35,116 nucleotides of DNA, taken from NCBI GenBank assembly GCA_964016885.1, contig CAXHJY010000559.1:1-35116 (forward strand). Reading direction: 5' to 3'. The position numbers and the translations under genes were made by a program. The stretch's first letter is position 1; the number at the start of each line of letters is the position of its first letter. This document shows positions 13,161 to 26,054 of this stretch, in pieces. The DNA is from Eledone cirrhosa (taxonomy: Eukaryota). The notes under the pieces were generated by a model. That model was not told the DNA's origin, ran no database searches, and saw only the letters and a list, made by a program, of their open reading frames with translations.

Positions 13161-13404
13161 AGAAGTAAAGACATGAAATAAATAAGTAATTAGTTCTACT
13201 AAGAATACTACTACTACTACTACTACTAATAATAATAATAATAATGATGATAATAGCAACAGGATGATCATCATCAACAGTAATAACAGCAGCAGATACA
13301 GTAACAATAGTAATATCAATAGTACTTTGGCAATATTCCTAATGACAAGAAGTGTCAAATCGAAGAATCACTTCTCACCCTTTCTAACACACACACACTC
13401 ACAC

Positions 13405-13444
<40 letters not shown>

Positions 13445-13679
13445 ACAGACAGACAAATACAGACACAGACAGACAAACACAGACACACTCACACACACAC
13501 ACAAACACTCACAGACACACAGACACAGACACAGACAAACACAGACACACTCACACACACAAACACTCACTCACTCACACACACACACACGCTTTTTTGC
13601 ATACATAGACACAAACACACGTTTTAACATACATTTATGCACATTCGCAGCCACGGACACCTGCACTTGCACACACAGA

Positions 13680-13730
<51 letters not shown>

Positions 13731-14213
13731 ACGCTTAGTCTCACACACGCGTGTTTGTGTATAATATATGTGTGTGCATATATATATGTGTATATATGAT
13801 TTTGTGTGTGTGTATATATATACACACATATATACACACACACACGAGTATATATGTATTTGTGTGTATATTCTATATGTATATATACATACGCATGTAT
13901 TTGTGTGTATATATTCTATATCTATATATATATATACATACGTATTTGTGTGTATATTTTACATATGTATATATATGTGTGTGTATGTGTATGTATTGAT
14001 GCCAAGAGAGATATGAAAATAATCAAATGAAACAAGAATAAGTTTCAAAATGGCTGACAATGGCATTTAATTGATACACAATCTTGGATCACTGGTTTCC
14101 TTTCTATTAAGAACTGTGTCAGTGTTGTTGCTATTGTTGTTATTGTTATATTCCTATTGATGTTTATTTTGTCATCTCCTTCTCCACCCCAGATCTCCAG
14201 TTTGTGTATAACC

Positions 14214-14275
14214 CACCCACCACCATCACCAGTCTTGGAGGCCTCACCCACCACCATCACCAGTCTTGGAGGCCT
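14214..14275. repeat. perfect 31-bp tandem duplication
   Basis: CACCCACCACCATCACCAGTCTTGGAGGCCT at 14214-14244 and 14245-14275. Confidence 0.95.
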
Positions 14276-14424
14276 TTAAAAAATCTAAGATCATCATCGT
14301 TGTCCTTCCCTCTATGAATCATCGGTAAATATTATATCGTGGGTACTCCGTGTATAATTCTTTCCGGTAGATAGTCACATTCCTATTTTACATACACCCT
14401 TGACAATGTCCTATATATTTTCAA

Positions 14425-14572
14425 AGCTGTGAATTGGTAGAGTCGTTAAAATGTCGGATAGAATGCTTTGTAGTTTCCGTTCCGGCTCTCTGCCCTTTGA
14501 ATTCATATCCCGTCGAGGTCAACTTTGCCCTCTATCCTTTTAAGGTCGATAAAGTACCAGTCCTGTACTGGG
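14425..14572 (+). mobile_element. tRNA-derived SINE
   Basis: A-box-like TGGTAGAGTCGTTA and B-box-like GAATTCATATCCC, then GAGGTCAACTTTGCC...GGTCGATAAAGTACCAGT. It is a reverse-complement match to 32724-32794. Confidence 0.8.
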
Positions 14573-14625
14573 ATTCGTTTTCTCTCTCTCTCTCTCTCTC
14601 TCTCCGTCTCTCTACGTCTCCCCCC

Positions 14626-14659
<34 letters not shown>

Positions 14660-15487
14660 TTCTCTCTCTCTCTTTCTCTCTCTCTCTTAATCACTGTGAT
14701 CAGACCATGAGAGGGATGAATCTCGCCAAGTTTAAAGTCTTGTATGTTACGACGACGCTTATAACGACTACAAAGTGATAGATCTATATAGATATGTTTT
14801 GTATCGAGAGCTCGTCAATCCAGTAGCTAAGTTACATGATGTTTTTCACACCGAACTTTCGTGGAGACAGGGTACGACTTATACAAGAATATACATGGAA
14901 GCTTCTTTTCCATTTTTGTATCTAAAATCGTAGTTTTTTTTCCCTTCGTAACAATATTTGGAATAACAAAAAATTAAGAGGATAAAAAAGTTTGAAGTAA
15001 GAATATTATTTTCGCTTCACTAAGCGGCATAATTCTAAAGTGAGGACATATTTGCTATTTGTAAATAACAAATATTGTGCAATTCGAATTTTTTTTATTG
15101 TATAAAATTAATTAAAGTAATTAATATCGTTAATTATTCTATTAATCAATTAGTCATCTTCACTATATTAATTTCTTTGAGGGGTAGGGCTGAGCTGCAA
15201 TTTAACAAACTGAATCAATAGTAGTTATGTTGCTAGTACTATTGAAGGTGTGTTGTCTAGGATTTAGGGAGGTGATGGTAGTGGTCTCACGATTGTAAGG
15301 TGATATGTTCGATCTTCGGACTAAATAAGGAATTGGCATGTATGGGTAACTGGACCCCTGATCTTCCACAAAAACACCTTTCTCTGGCTTACGCCTCGGT
15401 AAGGAACTTTCCAGGTGCAAACCCATGATCAACTGTGTTCGAAGAGAGCCTCCTCCTATAAAAATGGCTTTTACGAGACAAGAACTG

Positions 15488-15540
15488 TTTCATTCAAAAG
15501 AAATAATCAAGAAAGTCCTGATGATTTCTTTTGAATGAAA
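15488..15540. repeat. 53-bp fold-back hairpin (25-bp arms, 23/25 complementary, 3-nt loop)
   Basis: TTTCATTCAAAAGAAATAATCAAGA-AAG-TCCTGATGATTTCTTTTGAATGAAA. Confidence 0.9.
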
Positions 15541-15726
15541 TAGGTCTAGACCCGTAGAAGTCATTTCTATATTAAATTTTGTATTTTACATTCTACTAAT
15601 GTATTGGGTACCTTACTTACTGTGGTTACCCCCCGCTTGAACCTGAGACACACACTCTCTCTCTCTCTCTATCTCACATATATATATATATTACACACAC
15701 ACACACACACAGACACACACACACAC

Positions 15727-15864
15727 ATGACGGGCTTCTAAAACACTTCCATACACCAAATTTCACTTAAAAGGTTTTGTTTAACCCGAAGCTATAGATA
15801 CCAGACAGTGGAATTGAACCCGAAATCAATCATACACTTTATCCAATCAGCCATACCTGCGTCT
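15727..15864 (-). mobile_element. tRNA-derived SINE (second family), internally deleted
   Basis: The minus strand has A-box-like GCAGGTATGGCTGATTGG and B-box-like GGGTTCAATTCC, and runs into a (TG)n tail at 15693-15726. Confidence 0.7.
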
Positions 15865-16148
15865 ACGTATTTTGTTTTTTAGACAGGAGCTCACAAAGAT
15901 GGATTTCAAATTGTTGTTGACAGTATTGATAAAATATTGAGTTGATCAAGGAGCGAAGAACCGAATATAAATACGTGATAGTACTTATATCAATACACCT
16001 AAATTCTATGTTCAAAGAACACCGAAAGATTATTGTGTTTCATCAATATCAATAATGTATCAATAAGGTAAATACAAATAATGTAGTCAAGATGATCGAT
16101 AATCTCTCTCCCTTATCTTTGTAAATAGAGAACAACTAAACTAAACTA

Positions 16149-16188
<40 letters not shown>

Positions 16189-16956
16189 GCTTTATGTCAA
16201 CAAGAGAGATCTATATTTCTAAATCTTTACATTATTTATTTTTTATTTGATTTTTTGCTAAAAACTGTTTTAATTGAATTCAAAATTCCATTAGAAAAAT
16301 ATTTAAAGATTAAAACTAAAAAAAAAAAAATTAAAAAAACTGCAAGAAATCACCTAAAAATATATATATATATATATAAAACAGGGGTAAATTTAAAAAA
16401 AAAAACTTTAGCTCGAGGTTATTCAAACTTGGCTTCCATGTTTGTTTTCTGGTATGAAGGTGATGGATAAAGTATTTTAGTTAAAGGAACTAAATCAACT
16501 AATGGACTGTACGTTATCTCAATTTGCAACGCTTCAATAGCTACACAGATATTTGCACGACTTGCACAAACTGATGTTTATAACGTAATAGCGTTTGACC
16601 CGTTTTTTCTTGTTCTCTCAAACATTTTACTATTTAAAGGTCATTGCCATTTTACAGCATGACAAATTTCAAGTCGTTCAATTTAATATAAACGAGTTCT
16701 TGCAAGATTGGGGTTCCTACATTGGCCATCAATTTTAGTTCTAACGAGACAAAATGTTGCTCTCGTTCAGGAATTTGACAGGCACCGATTAAGCGTAACT
16801 TTTTATTAGAGAGATAATGTAACATATGAGATATTTGAGAGGCCATCATCATGCACATTCTCGGCTGAGAAATAACCGTTTCGTGGTAGGTTTGTAACTG
16901 ACCTACAGCAAAGCGAAATAGGTTTTCTATCTTCAGTGGATCAATCTCATTACAAT

Positions 16957-16989
<33 letters not shown>

Positions 16990-17106
16990 TGGGGAATTGG
17001 GGAGGGGAGTGAGGGTGTGTTACATCGTGAGTTATGTCCGTTCCATGCTTCCAGCTGTTGGACGAAAGCCGGAGTGTAACCCAGTTTTATGGAACGTCAA
17101 GGAACG

Positions 17107-17318
17107 GAGAGTAGACGGCTTTTCCCTGGATACGATGCCAGTCCATTGCAGGGCAAATCTCCAACTGTTGCTGTGTGAACTGCAATACCGTGGAATGAAG
17201 TAATAGGGTGTCAAGTTATTGAGAGTAGACGGCTTTCCCCTGGATACGACGCCAGTCCATTCCAGAGCAAATCTCCAACTGCTGTTGAGTGAACTGCAAC
17301 AACGTGGAATGAAGTAAT
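17107..17318 (-). repeat. diverged 98-bp direct duplication (17107-17204, 17221-17318) of a SINE-like body
   Basis: GAGAGTAGACGGCTTT...GCCAGTCCATT...GTGGAATGAAGTAAT occurs twice. The GTGAACTGCAACAACGTGGAATGAAGT part resembles 28975-29000 inside the SINE at 28790. Confidence 0.85.
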
Positions 17319-17718
17319 TTCAACGGTAATTTAGAAAATCTGTCGCTTATGTCTTTGGGCGAGGCATTAACGCCCCGAAATTCTTAAAACTTTGCTTATT
17401 TAGTCAACAGGAACTAATACCCCATTGATGGATATCACTTATTCCGAACTTGAGAATAAATAACATCCAAACAATATTTAAATTTATAATTGTAAAGTGT
17501 CATATGAAAACAGTGTTTTATTGAACAAATCTTACTATCGGGTCATTGAAGAGATAAGCCAGAAATATTTCAGGCAAAAAGATGCAAGATTAGAGACAAA
17601 ACACAGACCTTACTTTTATAAAAAGCAATTATCTGAAAAGTGTTTTTAAAAAATACTGTGTTGAAAACATTGCGATTAGAATTGAAAGTGGATATCTAAC
17701 ACCCCTATCTAACGTCAG

Positions 17719-18192
<474 letters not shown>

Positions 18193-18620
18193 CATGTGTG
18201 ACAGCACACATATACCTGCATACAGAGCAATTTCAATTTTGGTAAGAAAAACTATGTTTGTCCAACTAGAGTAAGTCTTTCTATTTTTGTTTGTATAAGT
18301 AATAGTTTGGTATGCGCACGCAGGCGCGCATATATGCATATATATGTATATGTGCATGCATGTATGTATAATTATATATATTTTTTTGTGAGAAATATAT
18401 ATATATACACACACATATTAATATCTATGTTTGTGTGTATATATATATATTTGAGACATATGTATATACACATACACGCACGTATATATGTTTGTGTGTG
18501 TATATATGAAATGAATGTATGTGTTCTCATACATTCGTATAATTGAATGTGTGTGTGTAAAGATACGTATGTGTGGATATAAATATGTGTGCGTGTGTCT
18601 GTGTGTATATAAAGGTATCT

Positions 18621-18655
<35 letters not shown>

Positions 18656-18900
18656 AACAGTCGATAGTATAGGAGTGTGAACTTTTGGTATATACGTTAT
18701 TTTTTTATGTGAGAAAGTGATTGTGTGAATATCTGTTAAATATCTGAACATGAATAGTCTTTTGTGAGTGGACTCGTTTGTGACTGCTTGTGGCTAATAT
18801 GTGTTTGTGTCGCCTTTTAATGTGTGTAAATATCTATTATGATAGCAGTGAGTGTATGTGACTGAGTATTTGTATGGGGAGGATAATAGGGGGGTTTAAG

Positions 18901-19372
18901 GGTTGTGTTGGTGAAGGGTTGTGTTGGTGGAGGGTTGTGTTGGTGGAGGATTGTGTTGGTAGAGGGTTGTGTTGGTGGAGGGTTGTGTTGGTGGAGGGTT
19001 GTGTTGGTAGAGGGTTGTGTTGGTGGAGGGTTGTGTTGGTGGAGGGTTGTGTTGGTGGAGGGTTGTGTTGGTGGAGGGTTGTGTTGGTAGAGGGTTGTGT
19101 TGGTGGAGGGTTGTGTTGGTGGAGGGTTGTGTTGGTAGAGGGTTGTGTTGGTGGAGGGTTGTGTTGGTGGAGGGTTGTGTTGGTGGAGGGTTGTGTTGGT
19201 AGAGGGTTGTGTTGGTGGAGGGTTGTGTTGGTGGAGGGTTGTGTTGGTAGAGGGTTGTGTTGGTGGAGGGTTGTGTTGGTGGAGGGTTGTGTTGGTGGAG
19301 GGTTGTGTTGGTGGAGGGTTGTGTTGGTGGAGGGTTGTGTTGGTACTGGGTTGTATTGGTAGAGGGTTGGTG
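18901..19372. repeat. 16-bp minisatellite (GGTTGTGTTGGTRGAG), ~29 copies
   Basis: Direct reading. A G/A variant is interspersed, and the strands are strongly asymmetric (G/T-rich on +). Confidence 0.97.
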
Positions 19373-19500
19373 GAGAACGTCTGGTGTCATTTTTAAACAA
19401 ACATTTCTATAGATATCAAACTCATGTGTCCATTCTTTATATATGATTCTTCTTTCACCCCGCAATATATATATATGTATATATATACATACGTGTGTAT

Positions 19501-20137
19501 CCAAGTCTCAGACCCGTACAGACCACATCATCTTCCGTATTCCTAATCTTTGCTCCCAAATACAGGAAGCCCTCAACCAATTCTAGCGGCTTCCCGCCTA
19601 CATTAGTGATCCCCTCAGGCTTCTCAACATTCTCTACCAGATATTTTGTTTTAGTCTCATCCATTCTAAGCCCCACACTCATCGACACAGTCTCAACCTC
19701 CCGCATCAAATCCTCTACCTCCTTCACTGTATTTGTCACCAAAACTATGTCGTCGGCAAATTCAGCATCTGACCAAGAAACTCACTCAGATGGTGGATGG
19801 GTGCTACACGAGAATACTGAGGATGGTTCTGAACATTAATCAGTAATCACTGAGGATGAAAAACTCAGAGCTGTATGGGAGCCTCCCAAAAGTCAGCTCA
19901 AAAGTGATACAGAGGAGACTGAGGTTAGCTGGACATGCTCACCGACATCCAGAGTTGACATTGCACTCAGTGCTCATGGACACACTGGAAGAGGAAGACC
20001 AAGGTTAACATATGTTGATGCCCTGAGGACAGACACTGGTCTGCTGGAGACGCAGGACATGGCAGCGATAATGAGGGACAGAGACCGCTGGAGAGAACTC
20101 GTCCATGGATCTCGGGAATTTTACCCGCCCTAGAAAA
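19501..20137 (+). mobile_element. 5'-truncated, 5'-inverted RTE-like non-LTR retrotransposon with 12-bp TSD
   Basis: Minus 19773-19501 encodes SDAEFADDIVL...GLRMDETKTKY...FLYLG...EDDV and then LYGSETW. Plus 19769-20133 encodes LTKKLTQMVDGCYTRILRMVLNI...RRLRLAGH...GRGRPRLTYVD...RDRDRWRELV...stop. ATACGTGTGTAT is duplicated at 19489-19500 and 20138-20149. Confidence 0.92.
19524..19773 (-). pseudogene. reverse transcriptase fragment (FADD catalytic motif through thumb)
   Basis: FADD at 19760-19749, followed by the GL.M...KTK and FLYLG motifs of non-LTR RTs. Confidence 0.9.
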
Positions 20138-20363
20138 ATACGTGTGTATGTGTATATATGTCTATGTATATATGTGTGTGTGTGTGTATATATGTATACA
20201 TATATATATGTGTGTGTTTGTGTATATATGTATATATATGTGTGTGTATATATATATGTATATGTATATATATATGTGTGTATGTGTTAAGTCAGGTCGC
20301 TCTCGAGTGCAGCCATCATATAAGTGTATGTGTATGTATGTATGTATCTACATACATATGTAC

Positions 20364-20409
<46 letters not shown>

Positions 20410-21213
20410 ACTCTTAGGTGTAAGTAGATATACTTCTTTTTTGTAAGATTCTTGATGTGAAATCGTGTGTTGAAACATATACTGTTATTATTATTTAGAA
20501 GGGTCACCGAGGTTAACTGTGTGAGTGTGTGTGTGTGTGTGTATGTGTGTGTGTGGATGTGTGTGTGTGGATGTGTGTGTGTGTGGATGTGTGTGTGTGG
20601 ATGTGTGTGTGTGTGTGTGTGGATGTGTGTGTGGAGCTCTACCTTCTGTCTTGTCGAGTGAGCGCCAGCCGACTCTCGTTGTGTGTGTGTATGTGTGTGT
20701 GCGTGGCTGTGTGTGTCTGGATGTGTGTGAGAGAGGTCTGGTGATGCTCTTGTTCTCGTTTGTATTAGTATGTAATGGCTATTGTTTCATTTTACTTGTC
20801 TATGTTGAAGGAAACCACATTGTGTGTTTTGTGTGTACATATGTGTGTGTGCGTATTTGTGTGTACATATGTGTGTATTTGTGTGTGTATATATGTGTGT
20901 ATTTGTGTGTATATATGTGTGTATGTACATATGTGTGTGTGTGTGTGTATGTACATATGTGTGTGTACATGTGTGCTCAACGAAATACCTCTACGCTGTA
21001 GTGTAGTGTGTTATATTAATATATGTTAATGACACAACGTTTACATCTGTGGTTTAACATGGATAACTCCCGTGTGTGTGTTTGTGTGTCTTTCTATATG
21101 TGTGTATGTGTGTCTTTCTATATGTGTGTATGTGTGTCTTTCTATATGTGTGTATGTGTGTCTTTCTATATGTGTGTATGTACGAATATGTTTGAAGTAA
21201 ACTTATCTCCTAT

Positions 21214-21282
<69 letters not shown>

Positions 21283-22143
21283 TTAATTATGAAATCTGCC
21301 AGAAATAAGGGGATATAGGGAACCTGGAAAACATGAATAAATAAATAAATAAATCTATAAAATAGAATCTCATTTGCAAGCTGTTGGTTTAAGGAAAAAA
21401 TAAAGCTTCATATTTAATTAAATGGTGGTATCTTAAGATACACTCACACACATACATATATATAGACACACACATATATATAGACACACACATATATATA
21501 TAGACACACACACACATATATATAGACACACACACATATATATAGACACAGGCATATATACACACATACACACACATATATATATATAGACACACACAAC
21601 CACATATATATATACACACACACATATATATATATATAAACACTCGCACATATATATAGACACACACACACATATATATAGACACACACGCACATATATA
21701 TAGACACACACACATACACACACAGACTCACACGCACACATATATATATAGACACAGACACAGACATATATATAAATATATACACATATATATACATACC
21801 TATATGTAAATAGGCATATATATACGCACGCACACAGACACGCATATATAATGTACATCCATAACACATACACACATGCTCATACACGTGTATATATACA
21901 TACATACACACATACACTTGTACACACACAGCCCTATATATGTAGCTATCTATCAATGCTTTCTATCTTATATCTCATTATATACAATAATAATAATAAT
22001 AATAATAATATTAATACAAATAATAATATATAGTATATAGTATATTTCTCATGCGTGTCTATATAAGTAATATCTGTAAGTATATGTATATGGGGGGTTT
22101 TGTAAGAAAAAAGGGATAGCAGCCGATAGACAGATGGGTGTGT

Positions 22144-22176
22144 AGATAGATAGATAGATAGATAGATAGATGGATT

Positions 22177-22211
<35 letters not shown>

Positions 22212-22292
22212 GGATTGATAGATAGATGGATTGATAGATAGATAGATAGATAGATGGATTGATAGATAGATGGATTGATAGATAGATGGATT

Positions 22293-22323
<31 letters not shown>

Positions 22324-22368
22324 GGATTGATAGATAGATAGATAGATTGATAGATAGATGGATTGATT

Positions 22369-22403
<35 letters not shown>

Positions 22404-22412
22404 GGATTGATA
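22144..22412. repeat. (GATA)n microsatellite with recurring GATGGATT interruptions
   Basis: Direct reading. Confidence 0.96.
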
Positions 22413-22907
22413 GGTATATAACCAGACGCACGATGGATGGATAGATACATAAATAGTTATCTATATACATGGATAGATATATGGATAGGTGGATGGATGG
22501 AATTGAAAAATGAGAATGTGCTGATTGATATATAGAGGCGTGGGAAGGGAGGGGTTGTAGGAAATATGGTGTTAACTTATTAACCTGGAGTTCTGGTATA
22601 CTAATTGCTTGATATAAGGCGAATGTTGTCACTTTGAGAATCGGTTTTCCAGGTCGGACTGAATAAATATCCAATTAAAATTATATCCGGAAAAATTTTA
22701 TTTTTATTTTAAAAATAACAACAACAACAACGATAAAAGCAATAAGAAAGTAATGGAAACAATATCAACAACAACAACAATAACTACAACAACAACTACA
22801 ACATTACAAAAGGAAGCTTCCAGATAAGATCTAAGACATGTAATGTTTAGGCGTAATTTTAAACTCTTTGTACGAAAGCTTAATCGCTATTAGTCAATGC
22901 ATATCAC

Positions 22908-23180
22908 CGACACCACCGCCGCCATTACCGACACCACCGCCGCCATTACCGATACCACCGCCGCCATTACCGACACCACCGCCGCCATTACCGACTACAC
23001 CGCCGCTACTGTCACCGACACCGCCGCCACCGTTACCGACACCGCCGCCATTACCGACGCCACTACCGCCACCATTACCGACAACACCACCGCCGCCATT
23101 ACCGACAACACCACCGCCGCCATTACCGACAACACCACCGCCGCCATTACCGACGCCACCGCCGCCATTGCCACTATCAC
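22908..23180. repeat. 21-24-bp GC-rich minisatellite (CCGACACCACCGCCGCCATTA)
   Basis: About 12 degenerate units built from CCN triplets. Confidence 0.92.
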
Positions 23181-24013
23181 CAACAACACCTTCTTTATCG
23201 TCATCATAGTAATAATAATAATAATAATTATTATTATTGTTATTATTATTGTTGTTATTAATATTATTATTTCATCATTATAACTGGTGATAATGATTAT
23301 AAAATTTAAAATGGATTTCATTTAGGGTTTAGATGTATCGATAAGCTCTTAGCTGTTGTAAATTGATTCTGGTTAAAAATCAAAAACCACCAAAACACCA
23401 AAAACAAACAAATAAAACAAAAGATTAATAATAAAAGATTAATAATAAAAGATTAATAATAAAGTAATTTAAAAAGTAAAAAAAAAAGATTAAAAACCAA
23501 ACGAAACGAACAGAAAACCTGTTTACATGTTGTTTTGAAAGTTCTCTGATATAAATCCATCATAGGCATAAATAATTTCACAATTTTTGGTTTTCGTTAT
23601 TTAATATAAATTTTGTTATTTATCAAAAATCTTTTAACGGATTTTCACCAAAATATAACTACCACAACAACTATAACAACAACGATAGCAATAACAGCTG
23701 CAACTGCTCTGAGAGGCATCTGAAAACACCTCTTTGTCGCCGCCTTCAGTAGAAAGGAAACGATATATTGGGTTATGTAGACTAAGGTGTACACTCCGGG
23801 GGACTATGGGTTTACCCCTGAAAATGTCCTCTCCAAGTTCAGTCAAGTCTGGTTAATTTTATTTTAAAACTATGGAAGATCAACTGTTTCTCATGCAAGC
23901 AAGTGTCCTCTCTCCATGTCAGCAATGGTGTCCAAAGAAAGAGTAAAGGCAGACACAGCTTGGCACCAATGACGTCTGAACTCACATATACACTATATGT
24001 ATATATATATATA

Positions 24014-24056
<43 letters not shown>

Positions 24057-24060
24057 CACA

Positions 24061-24111
<51 letters not shown>

Positions 24112-24371
24112 CATATATATACACACACACTATATATATATATACACTATATATATATACATTATATATATATACACACTATATATATATACACTATATA
24201 TATATACACACTATATATATATATACAGTATATATATACACATTACATACACACTGTATAGACACGATGTACAATATCATCATCATCATGTCATGTCATT
24301 CGCATTCCCATCATCTCTGTCTCCATCATCGTAACCCATTCCCGTCATTGTAATCACTGAAATAACCCCAA

Positions 24372-24632
24372 CCACCACCACCACCGCCACCACCACCACC
24401 ACCACCACCACCACCACCACCAGCAGTACCACAACACCACCACCACCACCACCACCACCACCACCACCACCACCACCACCACCACCACCACCACGACAAC
24501 CGCCAGCAGTACCACCAACAACACCACCACCACCACACCACCACCACCACCACGACAACCGCCAGCAGTACCAACACCACCACCACCACCACCACCACAC
24601 CACCACACCACCACCACCACCACCACCACCAA
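24372..24632. repeat. (CCA)n microsatellite with duplicated CGACAACCGCCAGCAGTACCA inserts
   Basis: Direct reading. Confidence 0.92.
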
Positions 24633-24999
24633 CGTTATCAACAACTTCCTTTATCAATGACATAGCCAAGACTCAGCAAGTAATTGTTGTTTGTAAAACA
24701 ACTGTTTTAATATTTAATAACTTAGATGAGCGGTTGAACAACTCTCAACTTTGACCTGCAGACCTTTCCTTTGATCATATGTATGGATCAATGGATCAGT
24801 GGATCAATGGATCAGTGACACTTGGAGTCGTACGGCTGCCGGAGTGATATACGATGTGTCTTAAGCATTTTAAAGCTGGTGAAGCACATCTCCTCTCCAG
24901 AGGAACACAGAAGGAAAAAGTGTGTGATAGGGAGGAACTGATATATATATATATATTCCAACCCACCCGTCCCTTCAATCTATCTTATTTATCATTCTT

Positions 25000-25035
25000 T
25001 CTTCTGATGAAGGACTAGCGTCCGAAACGTTTAGA
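25000..25035 (+). ncRNA. minimal type I hammerhead-ribozyme-like motif, probable Penelope-like remnant
   Basis: CUGAUGA (25004-25010), A, stem II GGAC-UAGC-GUCC, GAAA (25024-25027), then palindromic AAACGUUU in place of stem III. Stem I (UCUU/UAGA) is imperfect. Confidence 0.6.
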
Positions 25036-25148
25036 CCCCCATCCTGCTATATCAAGCATTAACCTAATATATCCATTTCATATACTGTACTGATTGTCTG
25101 GTTATTTCTGTTTACCTTTTACACACACACACACACACATATATTTAT

Positions 25149-25198
25149 GAAAAGATTCAGACGGCTGAGCTCCCGCCGTTTTGACAGCTAGATCCGAA

Positions 25199-25200
<2 letters not shown>
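25149..25200 (-). ncRNA. 3' half of a second hammerhead-like family (degenerate)
   Basis: The minus strand reads CUAGCUGUC-AAA-ACGGC-GGGAGCUCA-GCCGU-C: a 5-bp stem III ending in a GUC triplet, with G12 replaced by A. The CUGANGA half is replaced by (TA)n. Confidence 0.45.
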
Positions 25201-25248
<48 letters not shown>

Positions 25249-25647
25249 GTGTATGATGGGGATATTTAGTATATTATCAGGCCAAGGTATTTGTGGATTT
25301 TTCCAGACAGCTTGTAGCCTTTTAAATTGCATGCAGACTTTCTGGTCACCATAGCTAGGTAGGTAGGTAGGTGGGTTATGATTGAAATGTCTTTGAACAT
25401 ATGTCTCCTCAAGGAAGCTTGTACTAGGGTTTAACAACTATATCAGAACTAAGTTAGATAAAGCCAGTACCAGCAATACTATGGAGTTTATTGAGAGAAG
25501 TTGGTTTAGTGCGCATGCCCACTGTCACTTAAAACAGTTTAGAGATGTTTCTCTGTAACAATGCTGCTGTCATCTCTCTATCAACACATTTGTGTATGTG
25601 TAGACATATATACACGCACTGCACAAATGTGTGTATACACTCACATG

Positions 25648-25682
<35 letters not shown>

Positions 25683-25845
25683 GCTCATCTATTAGTCTGA
25701 TATGATTAATTTATAGAGTGGGTAGGGAGATGAGATAAACTATTGCTAGTGATTCAGATGTAAGGTTTCTATAGCAACACCTCTGTTAGCAACACAAGCA
25801 GATTTCCCTCAATGTCAACGAGTATCATGATCTGATCATTGCACC

Positions 25846-25886
<41 letters not shown>

Positions 25887-25976
25887 AGTTTGTGTACATA
25901 CATATGTGTTTGTATATCTGTATAATTACGCATATATATATGTACCTATATATATATATGTGTGTGCGTGTGTATC

Positions 25977-26054
<78 letters not shown>

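Noticed and set aside
18837-19504. Repeat-protein ORFs (QHNPPPTQPSTNTTL)
   Set aside because: A 16-bp unit that cycles through frames; minisatellite artefact.
22868-23283. Formin FH1-like polyproline or mucin-like ORFs
   Set aside because: A CCN-based minisatellite open in several frames on both strands, with no flanking domain or splice support.
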